A program made the position numbers and the translations under genes. Positions 18,242-29,257 of a DNA stretch of 64,000 nucleotides are shown in pieces. This DNA comes from Candidatus Hydrogenedentota bacterium (lineage in GTDB: Bacteria; Hydrogenedentota; Hydrogenedentia; Hydrogenedentales; SLHB01). Every line of letters starts with the position of its first letter. Within the stretch, counting starts at the first letter, position 1. The DNA lies in assembly GCA_045863295.1 (NCBI GenBank), contig BTWA01000025.1:1-64000 (forward strand). The letters are read 5' to 3'. The notes beneath the pieces are model-generated. The model ran no database searches, was not told the origin of the DNA, and saw only the letters and a program-made list of their open reading frames with translations.

Positions 18242-21200
18242 ATGCGGTTCAGGTCCGGACGCGGATGGGTGGGGGTTTTGACATCGGCTGTAATCTGGAC
18301 GGCGGCCGCTTTTGCCGGCGCCGGCATGCTGTATGCCGAGCCGCCGGTCCTCATTTCAGATCCCTCGAAATTACTCACCCCGCCGGTGGGGCGCGCGTTG
18401 CCGGATATAGCTCCAACCTCAATTAGTTACCAGTCGTCGTCCACGACGGAAGGTTCGTCGTTTTCAGTAACGTTGACGGTTAAAAATCAGGGTACTGTCT
18501 CAGCCGGCGCATCGCATGTCGCTCTGTATTTTTCGTTGTCGTCGAGCGACTTCAATGCGAGCGGAAAATACACTCCTGGAACCAAGCCGGTCCCGGCGCT
18601 GAACGCCGGCGTTTCCACGGATATTTCCTGGACGTTTACCGTACCCGACTTGTCGTCTGGCACGTATTCCCTATTTCCACTCGTTGTTGTGGATAGCGCG
18701 AACGAAGTGCCGGAATCGGCCGAAAACAACACTTTTATTGCCACACCGGGTATTTCGGTCGGCAACAACTCTAACTTACAGCCGAATATTCGCGTTGAAC
18801 CGCTTGACGTGGTTATCGACTGCACCAATGCCGGTGGCCAACCACCCGCACCCTTGTTCACCGCCCATGGTATTGTCCGCGGTGAGTCCTTTGAAGAGTC
18901 GATGGCCGTTTTCGATGCATCCATCGAAACCATGGCGTGGATGAAGACGCAAACCGGGACCTTGCACCTGTCCGGCATGCCGTTGTTGTCCGGCGAAGCC
19001 GAGACGTTTCTGTTGAAGCCGTTCGAGGTATTTCCATTCAATGCCAAGGTCGTCGAATTTGACGGGACGCTGGAAACGCCCATCGGCCGCCCCGACATGA
19101 AATTCTACATGGGAGTTGGGGAATCGAATCCCGACCGCCAACTCTATATTTCCGTCACTGCCGACAACGAGATTCGGGGCATGGTCTGGGAACCGGGACT
19201 ACCCACGGCCTACATCATGCCTTCCGGTACGCCTCGGGGCGATGCTGCGCCGCACGTTCTTTCGTATGCCGAGGCGCGTCCCGACGATGGCACCTATTGC
19301 GGCACGGATCTGGTTCCCGAGAACGACGTGGTCCGCATGGCCTTTGACGAGGCGGAGCGAACCGCGGGCGCACGCCATGATCTCACGTTGGAAGCCGAGA
19401 TGCTGGTAGACGTGAACAATGCATTGTACAACGGTGTTTTCGGCGGCAGTTCAGCCCAGGCCACCAATTACGTGGGTAGCCTTTTCGGAGCCGTATCAGC
19501 AATCTACCTGCGCGACGTAAACGTCGTCATTACTGTAAAGCAGTTGGTCATTTGGACCTCTTCGGATCCGTTTGGCGGCGCTGATTCCCTTGCGCAACTT
19601 GTCAACTACCGGAGTTACAACACCAATAACCGGTCCAATGTCGAGCGGGATTCCGCCCACCTGCTCGCGCACCAGACCAGTTTTGGAGGCATCGCCTACC
19701 TCGATACGCTGTGCGACGACGATTTTGGGTACGGTGTCAGTAATATCTTCGGTAACTTCTCGTTTCCAGTGACCGGCTATGCTTGGGATGTGGACGTGTG
19801 TGCCCATGAGATTGGCCATACTTTCGGCAGCCCGCACACGCATTGCTACAACCCGCCCATAGACTGTTGTTACACCCAAGAATGCAATTGCGGTTCTCAA
19901 ACCAACATCGTTGGCACGATTATGAGTTACTGCCATTTGTTGGGTTCAAACAACAAAACACTCGACTTTCATAGCCGTACAAAAACGGTCCTCCGATCCG
20001 GAGCCGAAGATGCACCGTGCCTTACCATCGCCAGCGGCGCGTCTGGCACGTTTCTCATTCATAACGATGGACTCGGCCGGTTAAATGTAACGTCCATCGC
20101 CCCCGATGCTGCATCAAGTTGGCTGAGTATTGCACCGTCTCCCCCGTTCAACGTGATTACGGACGGAGTCCAACCGGTCTTCCTCAACGTCGACTGCGAT
20201 GCAGTGCCCAGCGGTGTGACAACCCGGCGCATCCTTGTGAATTCCAACTCACCCAGTGAAAGCCCCTATCCGGGTGGAGTGAATTTGACCGTAGTCAACG
20301 GAGCGGCTGATCCAATCATTCAGGTGCTTCCAGGTTCCCACGACTTCGGCGATGTGCAAGTAGGGCAATGTGCACAACATAATTTCACGGTCAAGAACGT
20401 GGGGGGCGGCACCCTGAGCGGCACCGCCAGCGTGCAGGCTCCGTTCAGCATCTTCTCAGGCGCAACGTACAGCCTGGGTGCGGGCCAGAGCCAAACCGTG
20501 GTGATCCGATTCTGTCCCACGGCTACCGGAGCATTTTCACGCAACGCTTCGTTTACCGGCGGGGGAGGGGCCTCCGTGCCTCTCTCCGGCGACGGGGTCG
20601 CGGTACCGGTTCCGCGTTTGCTGGTCTCGCCACCGACGCGCGTTGTAGGACAAACCGCAGGCAGTACAACGTTTGATGTGGCAAACGCGGGCAACGGTAC
20701 CTTGTCCTGGACCGCGTCTGTCACTTCAGGCCAAAACTTTGCGAACATTACGGCGGGTGCCGCTGGCACGAATGCCGGCACAATTAGCGTATCGTTCAGC
20801 GCAAATGCGAGCACGGCATCGCGGACCGCGACCATCCGTGTGACGGCCGCCGGCGCTGAGGACAGTCCGCAGGATGTGACGATTGAGCAGGCCGGAACGG
20901 CGCTATTAACGGTCACGCCGCCATTGCGACTGGTAACCAATACGGCTACCTCTACTACGTTTGGTGTGCTCGTCGATGGTGGCCCCAGCGTCCAGTGGCA
21001 AGCGACAGTTCAGACTGGAGTCAGTTTCCTGTCGATTTCATCGGGGAATGCCGGTACTGGCAGCGGCACGGTCAACGTTACTGTCCAAGCCAACAACACC
21101 GCATCGCAACGTTCGGGCACGATTCGGGTAACCGCGGCCGGTGTAGCCAACAGCCCTGTTGACGTAACGGTCACTCAAGAGGCGTCCAGCCCGGACATCA

Positions 21201-24200
21201 GTGTTTCGCCGACGGGGCTGACATTTGACCAGTCGACTCCCATGCCTGCGGCCTCACCTTTGATTTCTGAGCCGGAGTTGGCTGATCGTGTTGAGCCAAC
21301 GGTATTACTGGAGTCGCAAGTAGCCATCCGCATTCATGTGGAGCGACTCGTGGCGGCTGGTTTGGATGGCGAATCATGGACCGTTCATAAAATTGGAAAT
21401 GGCATGAGTTCGTATTCGCTTCGGCCTCATGAGTCCTCGTTCGATCGGCTGAGCACGATAGTGAATTCGGATCCTGTGCTGCTTACGACCGTAGGCTCCA
21501 GCGCCTCTGATTCGGCGACTGTCAATCGAGCTTATGAGGTGTTAACAGGTATCGTCACGGAAGGAGACGTACTTTCTCTTTTTTACCTTTCTCCGGAGAC
21601 TCCGGAAGCCGCGGTAGAGACTTTGACTTTTGAAACTGGCGTCTTGGCCTTGAATTCGGGGCAACAAGTTACAACTGTCGAGGGCCGTTCTCTCGCCCCG
21701 AAGACCTTTACTGTGTCCAACACGGGTCTGGCGCCTTTGACGGTATCGAGCATGAGCCTTGATACGGCTGCGCCGTGGATTTCCTGGTCTCCCTTGGCGC
21801 CGTTCAACGTGGCTCCAGGCAGTTCGCAGGTAGTGACAGTGACGTTAAGCCAGGATCAAGTTCCACAAGGCACATCCCAACGCAGACTCCGAGTCTTCTC
21901 AAATGATCTGGACGAATCCCCGTTTCCCAATGCGGTAGACCTCACGGTAATTGCCACGACTGGCACGTTGATGTCGGTGGCTCCGACGAACCACGACTAC
22001 GGTGTTGTCGGCGTCGGCGAGTTCGAAGATCACACGTTTGTAGTCTCTAACAACGGCACTGGCACACTTGCCGGATCCGCTTTTGCCCTCCCACCCTATA
22101 GCATTGTCTCCGGAGGTACGTATTCGCTTGGTGCGGGCGCCTCCCAAAATGTTGTGGTACGATTCGCACCGACCGGTGCGCAAACGTTCGGATCGAATCT
22201 CACCTTTACCGGTGGCCAAGGGATAACCGTACCAGTCACCGGTCAGGGCGATCCCTACTTGCCGGTAATCCAGGTACAGCCATCCAGTCACAACGTAGGT
22301 CCGGCTGCTACAACCCGAACGATTGACGTTTCAAACGGGGGCGGCGGGGCGCTGCAGTGGCAGGCCTCAGTGCTTTCGGGGGTGGGTTTGAGCATTCAAT
22401 CCGGTGCGAGTGGCACCAATACCGGCACCATTACCGTGGCAATACAAGCGAATGACACAACGAGCAATCGTTCAGGCGCTGTTCGAATCACGGCAACCGG
22501 TGCGTCCAACACGCCCGTGGATGTTCCCATCAACCAAGACGGCCGTTCTCAAGTGCAGGTTAGCCCGGCAAACCGTTCATTAGGATCCGGAACAGGATCG
22601 ACCACATTCTCGGTTTCCAACGCCGGTGTGGGCAATATGAGTTGGGCAGCGGCTGTGATTGAGGGGGCCGATTGGCTGAGCATCACGGCAGGCGATGACG
22701 GTGTCAACTCCGGCACCATTTCGCTGTCCTTGGCCGAGAATTTCAACCCGGGTCCGCGTACGGGGAAAGTCCGGGTTACTGGTCAGGACGCCTTGGGCAG
22801 TCCGTTCGATGTGACGGTAACGCAAGCAGGCAAGGCACGACTAAACGTGGATCCGCTCAGTCGTACCGTATCCAGCCCGGCGGGTACGACTACCGTGGCT
22901 ATTTCCAACACCGGTGACGGTAGCCTTTCCTGGCAGGCGCAGATTATCTCGGGACAAGACTGGCTTTCGCTACCCGCAGCATCCTTGGGTACGGCGCCCG
23001 GCGTGCTGTCCATTGGATTCAATGCCATGACACAGTCCGGCGACCGCGTGGGAACCGTTCGCATTACCGGCACCAATGCGCTAAACAGCCCGTTGTTGGT
23101 TACCGTGACGCAAAAAGGTTGTATAGCACCGACTACACCGACTGGGTTACAGGCGTCTGATGGCACCTTTGGCGATTTTGTTCGGGTTACCTGGAATCCT
23201 GTAAGCGGTGCATCCGCCTACCAAGTGTTCCGAGGAGAAGGCAACGTGAATAATCCGAATCAAGCGCTGGTAATCGGGCAGCTTACGGGAACTCTGTTTG
23301 ACGACTACTCGGCCCTGTCCCCGATTCCCGGGGGAGGATGCGGCGGCGCGGGAACGCCAGTGGTACATACGTATTTTGTACGGGCAATGAACGATTGCTC
23401 AACAAGCGCGTTTACAGCAGGGGAGCCCGGCTTTAGCAGTGGCGCCAAGGCGCTGAGCGTATTTGAAAAGGCATTGCCTGCGGAGTACGTGTCTGACGGT
23501 ACCCGTGCGGCCGGCCCAGGCACACCCCTTGCCTTGCGCGTGCGTGCCGATGAACCTATTGACCCGGCGAGCGTCTGGGGAGAAATCGGGGGGACTGCGG
23601 TCGACGACAATGGTTTGACATGGCAGCCTATCGAAGGGACGGCTGGGCATGATGGCTGGGTCATTTTTGACCCTCAGTACGGGATTGCGCCCGGCATGGC
23701 CGTTGAATTTGTAGCAGGCGCATCGACGGTTTCCGGTATGTCACTGGAGCCGACGAGAATGACGTTCCTTATTGGCGCCGCTGAAACCTCGACGGATACA
23801 GGAGAAGTCCAACTGGCGGAAACCGGCGCATTCATCCCACATGCCGAAACCGGAATAGGCCCGATATACGAACTCAGTCCCAAAGAGCCATTCCAGAATG
23901 CTCACCGAATCCTGCTGCCTATTCCACGAGAGGTCGAACCCTCCAGTGTCGGACTTGCGTATTACTTTGAATCTGAAGAGGAGCGGGGGTGGTTTGCGGC
24001 AGACAAAGTGGAAGGATGGCTGGTGCCGGGTACGCTTCAAACGGTTGCGACAGGTGACCAATATTACCTGAGCGCCGAAGTGCGGCATGGCGGCACAGTC
24101 CAACTGACAAGTCTGGTAACGGCCTCCCCTTCGGCCTTGGTCCACCCGCAGGGATGGGGGTCGGCTCTCGTGGCCCTGGTGGCCTTTTTGGTGCTTGCGT

Positions 24201-24241
24201 CTCTTGGTACGCAATTTCGCGGAAAAGTGCGCCGGCCCTAG
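18242..24241 (+). CDS. Giant surface-anchored M12B (reprolysin-like) zinc metalloprotease with CARDB, ASH/choice-of-anchor-D, BACON and FN3-like domains
   Basis: Signal peptide; YCGT Cys-switch; HEIGHTFGSPH and Met-turn GTIMSY; five BACON-like repeats; C-terminal TM with basic tail. Confidence 0.88.
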   Translation: MRFRSGRGWVGVLTSAVIWTAAAFAGAGMLYAEPPVLISDPSKLLTPPVGRALPDIAPTSISYQSSSTTEGSSFSVTLTVKNQGTVSAGASHVALYFSLSSSDFNASGKYTPGTKPVPALNAGVSTDISWTFTVPDLSSGTYSLFPLVVVDSANEVPESAENNTFIATPGISVGNNSNLQPNIRVEPLDVVIDCTNAGGQPPAPLFTAHGIVRGESFEESMAVFDASIETMAWMKTQTGTLHLSGMPLLSGEAETFLLKPFEVFPFNAKVVEFDGTLETPIGRPDMKFYMGVGESNPDRQLYISVTADNEIRGMVWEPGLPTAYIMPSGTPRGDAAPHVLSYAEARPDDGTYCGTDLVPENDVVRMAFDEAERTAGARHDLTLEAEMLVDVNNALYNGVFGGSSAQATNYVGSLFGAVSAIYLRDVNVVITVKQLVIWTSSDPFGGADSLAQLVNYRSYNTNNRSNVERDSAHLLAHQTSFGGIAYLDTLCDDDFGYGVSNIFGNFSFPVTGYAWDVDVCAHEIGHTFGSPHTHCYNPPIDCCYTQECNCGSQTNIVGTIMSYCHLLGSNNKTLDFHSRTKTVLRSGAEDAPCLTIASGASGTFLIHNDGLGRLNVTSIAPDAASSWLSIAPSPPFNVITDGVQPVFLNVDCDAVPSGVTTRRILVNSNSPSESPYPGGVNLTVVNGAADPIIQVLPGSHDFGDVQVGQCAQHNFTVKNVGGGTLSGTASVQAPFSIFSGATYSLGAGQSQTVVIRFCPTATGAFSRNASFTGGGGASVPLSGDGVAVPVPRLLVSPPTRVVGQTAGSTTFDVANAGNGTLSWTASVTSGQNFANITAGAAGTNAGTISVSFSANASTASRTATIRVTAAGAEDSPQDVTIEQAGTALLTVTPPLRLVTNTATSTTFGVLVDGGPSVQWQATVQTGVSFLSISSGNAGTGSGTVNVTVQANNTASQRSGTIRVTAAGVANSPVDVTVTQEASSPDISVSPTGLTFDQSTPMPAASPLISEPELADRVEPTVLLESQVAIRIHVERLVAAGLDGESWTVHKIGNGMSSYSLRPHESSFDRLSTIVNSDPVLLTTVGSSASDSATVNRAYEVLTGIVTEGDVLSLFYLSPETPEAAVETLTFETGVLALNSGQQVTTVEGRSLAPKTFTVSNTGLAPLTVSSMSLDTAAPWISWSPLAPFNVAPGSSQVVTVTLSQDQVPQGTSQRRLRVFSNDLDESPFPNAVDLTVIATTGTLMSVAPTNHDYGVVGVGEFEDHTFVVSNNGTGTLAGSAFALPPYSIVSGGTYSLGAGASQNVVVRFAPTGAQTFGSNLTFTGGQGITVPVTGQGDPYLPVIQVQPSSHNVGPAATTRTIDVSNGGGGALQWQASVLSGVGLSIQSGASGTNTGTITVAIQANDTTSNRSGAVRITATGASNTPVDVPINQDGRSQVQVSPANRSLGSGTGSTTFSVSNAGVGNMSWAAAVIEGADWLSITAGDDGVNSGTISLSLAENFNPGPRTGKVRVTGQDALGSPFDVTVTQAGKARLNVDPLSRTVSSPAGTTTVAISNTGDGSLSWQAQIISGQDWLSLPAASLGTAPGVLSIGFNAMTQSGDRVGTVRITGTNALNSPLLVTVTQKGCIAPTTPTGLQASDGTFGDFVRVTWNPVSGASAYQVFRGEGNVNNPNQALVIGQLTGTLFDDYSALSPIPGGGCGGAGTPVVHTYFVRAMNDCSTSAFTAGEPGFSSGAKALSVFEKALPAEYVSDGTRAAGPGTPLALRVRADEPIDPASVWGEIGGTAVDDNGLTWQPIEGTAGHDGWVIFDPQYGIAPGMAVEFVAGASTVSGMSLEPTRMTFLIGAAETSTDTGEVQLAETGAFIPHAETGIGPIYELSPKEPFQNAHRILLPIPREVEPSSVGLAYYFESEEERGWFAADKVEGWLVPGTLQTVATGDQYYLSAEVRHGGTVQLTSLVTASPSALVHPQGWGSALVALVAFLVLASLGTQFRGKVRRP

Positions 24242-24442
24242 ATTTGCGGGAAACAGATGGCTTTGACCATGAAAATGGCCCATTCAGCGAGTGCAAGGAC
24301 GCCAAGGTGGGTTCCGGATTCAGATGTTGGTGTCTGTGCAAATTGGAATACGTTCTGGTATAGTGATTAAGTCCGTGGTGAACCGGTCTTTAACGCAGCT
24401 CGCGAAGATCCCCGCCGCGCTGTCTTCGCACCGGAGGTGTAC

Positions 24443-25858
24443 ATGCGCAATCTCAAATCCCAATGTTTCAGTCTCGTGCTTTTCCTGGCGTCCGTTACAC
24501 TTGTCGTATCCAACGGTTTCCTGACCCCGCTTTTTGCGCAAACCAAGGAAGTGGATATCGTTACGGAAATTGCGCCCATTGGGGAAGTGCTCGATGAAAT
24601 TTTGAAGAATTATGTGGGCGACCCGAATGCCGAGAGCATCGTGGAAGGTGCACTCGAGGGCATGATGAGCGCCTTGGATGAACACAGTTCTTATATTTCG
24701 CCTGAACTCTACCAGGAATTGACCACCGAGACGGAAGGGTTTTTTGACGGAATTGGCGTTCATATCCATTTGGACGAGCAAAAGAACATTCGCGTGTTTC
24801 AACCCATTGAAGGATCTCCTGCGTTCAAAGCGGGCGTTTTGGGTGGTGACTACATTTTCAAGATTGATGATGTGCCGACGAAAGGCATGACATTGGAAGA
24901 TGCCGCCAGCAAAATACGGGGAGCACGCGGATCCATCGTGCACCTTACAATTTTGAGAATTCTTGACGAAAATGCGCCTCCGGAAGTGTTTGAGCTCGAC
25001 GTGAAGCGCGGCAAGATTCAAATTGAGAGTATCAGCGAAGCCCGGATGCTGGACGGGGGTATCGGATACGTACGGATAACGGACTTCAAGGCCACCACGT
25101 CCAAGGAAGTCTCCGACCAAATAGCGGCATTTGAGAAGGAAGGCTTGAAGTCGATTATTTTGGACCTCCGGTGGAATCCGGGCGGTCTGCTGACTGCTTC
25201 AAAGGAAGTCAGCGAACTGTTTCTGCCGAAGAATTCGCTGGTAACGTTTACAAAAGCTCGCGATCCCCTCAACGGCGAACTAAAAGAAGACTTGGCGCTG
25301 TACACGGAACGCGACCCCATTGTCCCCGACACGATGCCCATCCTGGTTCTCGTCAACGGACAAACAGCCAGCTCGTCGGAGATTGTCACGGGCGCCATGC
25401 AGTTTTACAAACGCGCCATTGTCGTCGGCGAAAAAACGTATGGTAAAGGCAGCGTTCAGACCATCATTTCCCTTAACCGCCCCGCGGGCAGCGCATTGAG
25501 ATTGACCACGCAGTTGTACTACACACCGGCCAAGGTCACCATCAACAAGAAGGGCATCTTGCCGGACGTTGAAGTGCCACTGGAGGCGTGGGACAAACTA
25601 TATCTTCAGTTGCGCGAATCCTATAGCGACGATCCCTCGAAGAAGCACATGCAGAATCACGGATCGGTGACAGGCAACGAAATTGTCGAAGGTGTCGTAG
25701 AAGACGTGCAGCTTCAGAAGGCCGTCGAAATTCTTCGGCAGGATTCGGTGTGGCAGAATCTATTGAACCAGTACCACAAAGACACGTCCGAGACGCAAGT
25801 CGCAGCGGCGGAAGGTGAAAACGTGACAAAAGGCAAGGAAGTGGATGCGGCACATTGA
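24443..25858 (+). CDS. ctpA: Carboxy-terminal processing protease (S41, PDZ)
   Basis: [34 protein letters not shown]. Confidence 0.93.
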   Translation: MRNLKSQCFSLVLFLASVTLVVSNGFLTPLFAQTKEVDIVTEIAPIGEVLDEILKNYVGDPNAESIVEGALEGMMSALDEHSSYISPELYQELTTETEGFFDGIGVHIHLDEQKNIRVFQPIEGSPAFKAGVLGGDYIFKIDDVPTKGMTLEDAASKIRGARGSIVHLTILRILDENAPPEVFELDVKRGKIQIESISEARMLDGGIGYVRITDFKATTSKEVSDQIAAFEKEGLKSIILDLRWNPGGLLTASKEVSELFLPKNSLVTFTKARDPLNGELKEDLALYTERDPIVPDTMPILVLVNGQTASSSEIVTGAMQFYKRAIVVGEKTYGKGSVQTIISLNRPAGSALRLTTQLYYTPAKVTINKKGILPDVEVPLEAWDKLYLQLRESYSDDPSKKHMQNHGSVTGNEIVEGVVEDVQLQKAVEILRQDSVWQNLLNQYHKDTSETQVAAAEGENVTKGKEVDAAH

Positions 25859-26555
25859 TCGTGCGTGTGACGCACTTCGTCCTGTCCGTATAGAACGTGG
25901 ATATACCCGTTTCGCCGAAGGTTCCGTTTTGGTGGCCTTCGGCGAAACGGTTGTTTTGTGCAATGCCACGGTCGAGAACAATCTGCCCCCCTGGCTCAAA
26001 GGCGGAGGCTCGGGGTGGGTCACGGCGGAGTATGCGATGTTGCCCCGATCCACTCAGGATCGTACAAACCGGGACGCGGCCAAGAAAGGGCGGTCGTTGG
26101 AAATCAGCCGCTTGATTGGCCGAAGCCTGCGCGCGGTAATGGATATGGGCATGCTGGGAGAGCGCCAGATCATTCTGGATTGCGACGTTTTACAGGCGGA
26201 CGGCGGCACTCGCACTGCCGCGATTACAGGCGCCTACGTTGCTTTGTACGACGCCGTTCAGAAACTACTCACTCAAGGGGCGATTCCCCGTTCGCCCCTC
26301 TTGGGTCAATGTGCCGCAATAAGTGTGGGCATGGTGGAAGGGGAGCTTCGGCTTGACCTCGACTACGAGGAAGATGCCGCGGCGGATGTAGATTTAAATC
26401 TTGTCATGCGCGACGATCATCGGGTTATTGAAGTGCAGGGGTGCGCCGAGGGCGAGCCTTTCTCAAGAGACGAACTCAATCGCATGCTGACCTTGGGCGA
26501 AAAAGGCATTGAGTATTTATTCATTCGCCAGCGCGAGGCGCTCGGTCTTGCTTGA
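25845..26555 (+). CDS. rph: Ribonuclease PH
   Basis: [28 protein letters not shown]. Confidence 0.96.
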   Translation: MRHIDRACDALRPVRIERGYTRFAEGSVLVAFGETVVLCNATVENNLPPWLKGGGSGWVTAEYAMLPRSTQDRTNRDAAKKGRSLEISRLIGRSLRAVMDMGMLGERQIILDCDVLQADGGTRTAAITGAYVALYDAVQKLLTQGAIPRSPLLGQCAAISVGMVEGELRLDLDYEEDAAADVDLNLVMRDDHRVIEVQGCAEGEPFSRDELNRMLTLGEKGIEYLFIRQREALGLA

Positions 26556-27144
26556 TTCGATGGTTATTGCAACAGGCAATGCGGGAAAATACCGTGAAAT
26601 TGCGGACCTATTGGAAGGCACGGCACACCGGATCTTTTCACTGAAGGATTTTCCATCATTGGAAGCGCCGGAAGAGACGGGTACTACTTTCGAAGAAAAC
26701 GCGGTACTGAAAGCGGAGTACTATGCAAAATGCTTGGGCGTGCCATGCGTGGCCGATGATTCCGGCCTTGTAGTGGATGCTCTTGGTGGAACGCCGGGAG
26801 TCTATTCTGCGCGTTATGCGGGTGAAAACGCAACCGATGCGGAAAACAATGCTAAATTGTTGTACAGCCTGCGTGATGTGTCTGATGCCGGTCGGACCGC
26901 TCGATTTGTATGTTGTGCGGCATGGGTTGGTCATTCAGGCGCTCTGATTACAGAAATCGGGCTAGTCGAAGGCCATATCGCGCACGTCGAATCTGGCCCC
27001 AACGGGTTTGGATACGATCCACTGTTTATTCCGTTGGGGTACCGCGAGACATTTGGTGTCCTTGATTCCTCCGTCAAACAGACCATCAGTCATCGGGCAA
27101 GCGCGTTCAGGGCGCTTCGAGTCAGGCTTTTGTCACCGACATGA
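26548..27144 (+). CDS. rdgB: Non-canonical purine NTP pyrophosphatase (RdgB/HAM1)
   Basis: [30 protein letters not shown]. Confidence 0.95.
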   Translation: MLDSMVIATGNAGKYREIADLLEGTAHRIFSLKDFPSLEAPEETGTTFEENAVLKAEYYAKCLGVPCVADDSGLVVDALGGTPGVYSARYAGENATDAENNAKLLYSLRDVSDAGRTARFVCCAAWVGHSGALITEIGLVEGHIAHVESGPNGFGYDPLFIPLGYRETFGVLDSSVKQTISHRASAFRALRVRLLSPT

Positions 27145-27749
27145 TCCTGTATCCACCTACACAGGAAGGCATTGAGCAGGCGGCGCTGTCCATCCGTGCC
27201 GGGCACATTGTGGCTTATCCCACGGAGACAGTCTACGGACTCGGCGTCGATCCCTTCAACGCCGACGCGCTAGACAGGCTATTTCGCGCGAAAGGTAGAG
27301 ACGCATCCAAGGCCATCCTGTTGATTGTGGGCAATGTCGGGGACATATCTGTCGTCGCCACTGAGGTCAGTGAAACGGCGCGGTCTCTTATGAGCCACTT
27401 CTGGCCCGGGCCGCTCAGCCTGCTGCTGCCACCAACAGAGCGTATTCCCCAGTCATTGACTGCCGGTTCAGGAAAAATCTGCGTGCGATGTCCCAGCAGC
27501 GAAATCGCACGGCTCTTGTGTCTTGCCGCGGGCGGCCCAATTACTTCGACATCGGCAAACCGATCCGGAGCGGCGCCTGCTGAGTGTGTAGGTGATATTC
27601 GTCTGAAAGGGGTGGCTTGCGCGATAGACGCAGGCACTCTGGCGCCAAGTGAGCCGTCTACTGTATACGACCCTGATGAGGACAGAATCTACAGGGAAGG
27701 GCGTATTACAAGGCGGGAAATCGACTCCATTCGCGCAACCATGTCCTAA
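27141..27749 (+). CDS. tsaC: L-threonylcarbamoyladenylate synthase (YrdC/Sua5)
   Basis: PTETVYGL, KGR, FWPGPL, STSANRSG. Confidence 0.94.
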   Translation: MILYPPTQEGIEQAALSIRAGHIVAYPTETVYGLGVDPFNADALDRLFRAKGRDASKAILLIVGNVGDISVVATEVSETARSLMSHFWPGPLSLLLPPTERIPQSLTAGSGKICVRCPSSEIARLLCLAAGGPITSTSANRSGAAPAECVGDIRLKGVACAIDAGTLAPSEPSTVYDPDEDRIYREGRITRREIDSIRATMS

Positions 27750-27769
27750 TGAACAACCGCACATAGAAA

Positions 27770-27802
27770 TGCCCCCTTGCCGCGGATCGCGGCAAGGGGG
27801 CA
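27770..27802. terminator. Hairpin terminator between convergent genes
   Basis: Perfect 15-bp stem TGCCCCCTTGCCGCG / CGCGGCAAGGGGGCA. Confidence 0.85.
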
Positions 27803-27841
27803 AGCAATTCGTACTGCACTTGAATGCTGGTCTGGCCCCGG

Positions 27842-28888
27842 TTATTTCTCCAGACGCAACGTTGAACCCTTCTCGGGCTTCTCTCCCTCCACCAGCGAGC
27901 AAATCGACATCTTTTCCATTACGTCGTCCACCTGAACGACGCCTGTCTTCGTCATTTTGACGTCGAGCACCAACCCCGTATCCGGATCCAGGATTTCCTT
28001 GCCGCGCTTGTAGACGGCCAATTTCAACCCCGGTTCCACATTACGGTTGCTGCCCGCGTTGATGTAAATCTGACTGCCTTCCACTTCCGCCACACGCGCG
28101 GTAAAAGGTTGATTGGCCATCTCCGCGACGATGTAGTCGACGGCCTTCTTGATTGCCAATTCCGAAGTTTCACCCAGCGGGGTTTTCTTAAACTGGTCGC
28201 CGCCCACGCTGCCGTAGCTCGAATAGACATCCATGCCCACCGATTTGTGCGTAGCTTCGGCCTCCGCCGTCTTGTTCATCAGGACGACCGACGTCTCCAG
28301 GTCGACAATGCGCAAGTTGATCTTCACGGAGGAGGTCACCTTGCTGCCGCCTAGTCCAATGCCAACGCCGCCGATGGGAACCGTTACCCGGCCGCTCTGG
28401 CCCGATTCCCCGGGCTCGAACTGAGTGACCGTGCCCTGAATCAAGTAACTCGCGCCAACTATATTGCCAATCTTGAGGGCGGTCTGGGAGTTGATGCGGC
28501 CCGCAGCTCCCAAGTCTTGTTCCGTCAACACCGTGTCCAGTTGTTGGCGTTCAACAATTAAAAAGCGGCCTGTGTCCATCAGGGCCGATCCCAACATCGT
28601 TGAGAGGACCGGACCTTCGTCCCAACCCAATTTGCCGGCGCCTTCAAACGGCATCACGCAGACAACCTGCTTTGGCCCTTTCGCAGCCGCGCCCGCACTG
28701 GAGGTCGTCGTTGCCGGAGCCGATTCCTCGGCGGGGGCCGCCTCTTCGGATTTTCCACCGCCGGTCTTTTCCTTAATCTTGCCCAGAATGCCCGCGCTTG
28801 CGGTATGCGCCCACATCAGAGACAGCGCCGTCACACCGAACAGCCCTGCCGTCAGAAGACGCCGCCTGCCCAATCCAAGTCGTTCCAT
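27842..28888 (-). CDS. CsgG/HfaB-family protein with FlgT-like C-terminal domain
   Basis: RFLIVERQQLD..L.EQDL, G.VTQFE, YINAG, ILDPDTG; GGAGG SD. Confidence 0.85.
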   Translation of the reverse strand: MERLGLGRRRLLTAGLFGVTALSLMWAHTASAGILGKIKEKTGGGKSEEAAPAEESAPATTTSSAGAAAKGPKQVVCVMPFEGAGKLGWDEGPVLSTMLGSALMDTGRFLIVERQQLDTVLTEQDLGAAGRINSQTALKIGNIVGASYLIQGTVTQFEPGESGQSGRVTVPIGGVGIGLGGSKVTSSVKINLRIVDLETSVVLMNKTAEAEATHKSVGMDVYSSYGSVGGDQFKKTPLGETSELAIKKAVDYIVAEMANQPFTARVAEVEGSQIYINAGSNRNVEPGLKLAVYKRGKEILDPDTGLVLDVKMTKTGVVQVDDVMEKMSICSLVEGEKPEKGSTLRLEK

Positions 28889-29257
28889 TGTCACCCTCCT
28901 CAACGTGCACCTGTGCACGTAGCAACCCAGCAAATGAACCACACTCGGCGAAGGGCAGGATCATAAATTGTCTCCAATATGTTTGCAAGAAATTCTCCGT
29001 GTCTGGGGATCGGTGTTTCCGAACTTGAGGGTCTGGCAACCGGGATCGCTGCGTCTGAGTGAAACTGACTTAATGGTGTAATGTGTTAAAAGTGCGTCGC
29101 TTGACTGGTTATTCCATACCTCATTTCGATACAATTACTGGCTGGTGCTCATTCGTTGTCGTACGGTGGAGTCATGCGTTCCGTGCGGACAGCCCTTAAT
29201 CCTGGATTCTGATTCACTTGGTCTCCGCCAGTGGCAATGCCTTTGGAGATGATTACT

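Noticed and set aside
28889..29257. c-di-GMP riboswitch upstream of the CsgG-like gene
   Set aside because: Only fragmentary resemblance; lacks the GGCAAA/GAAA-tetraloop two-hairpin pattern
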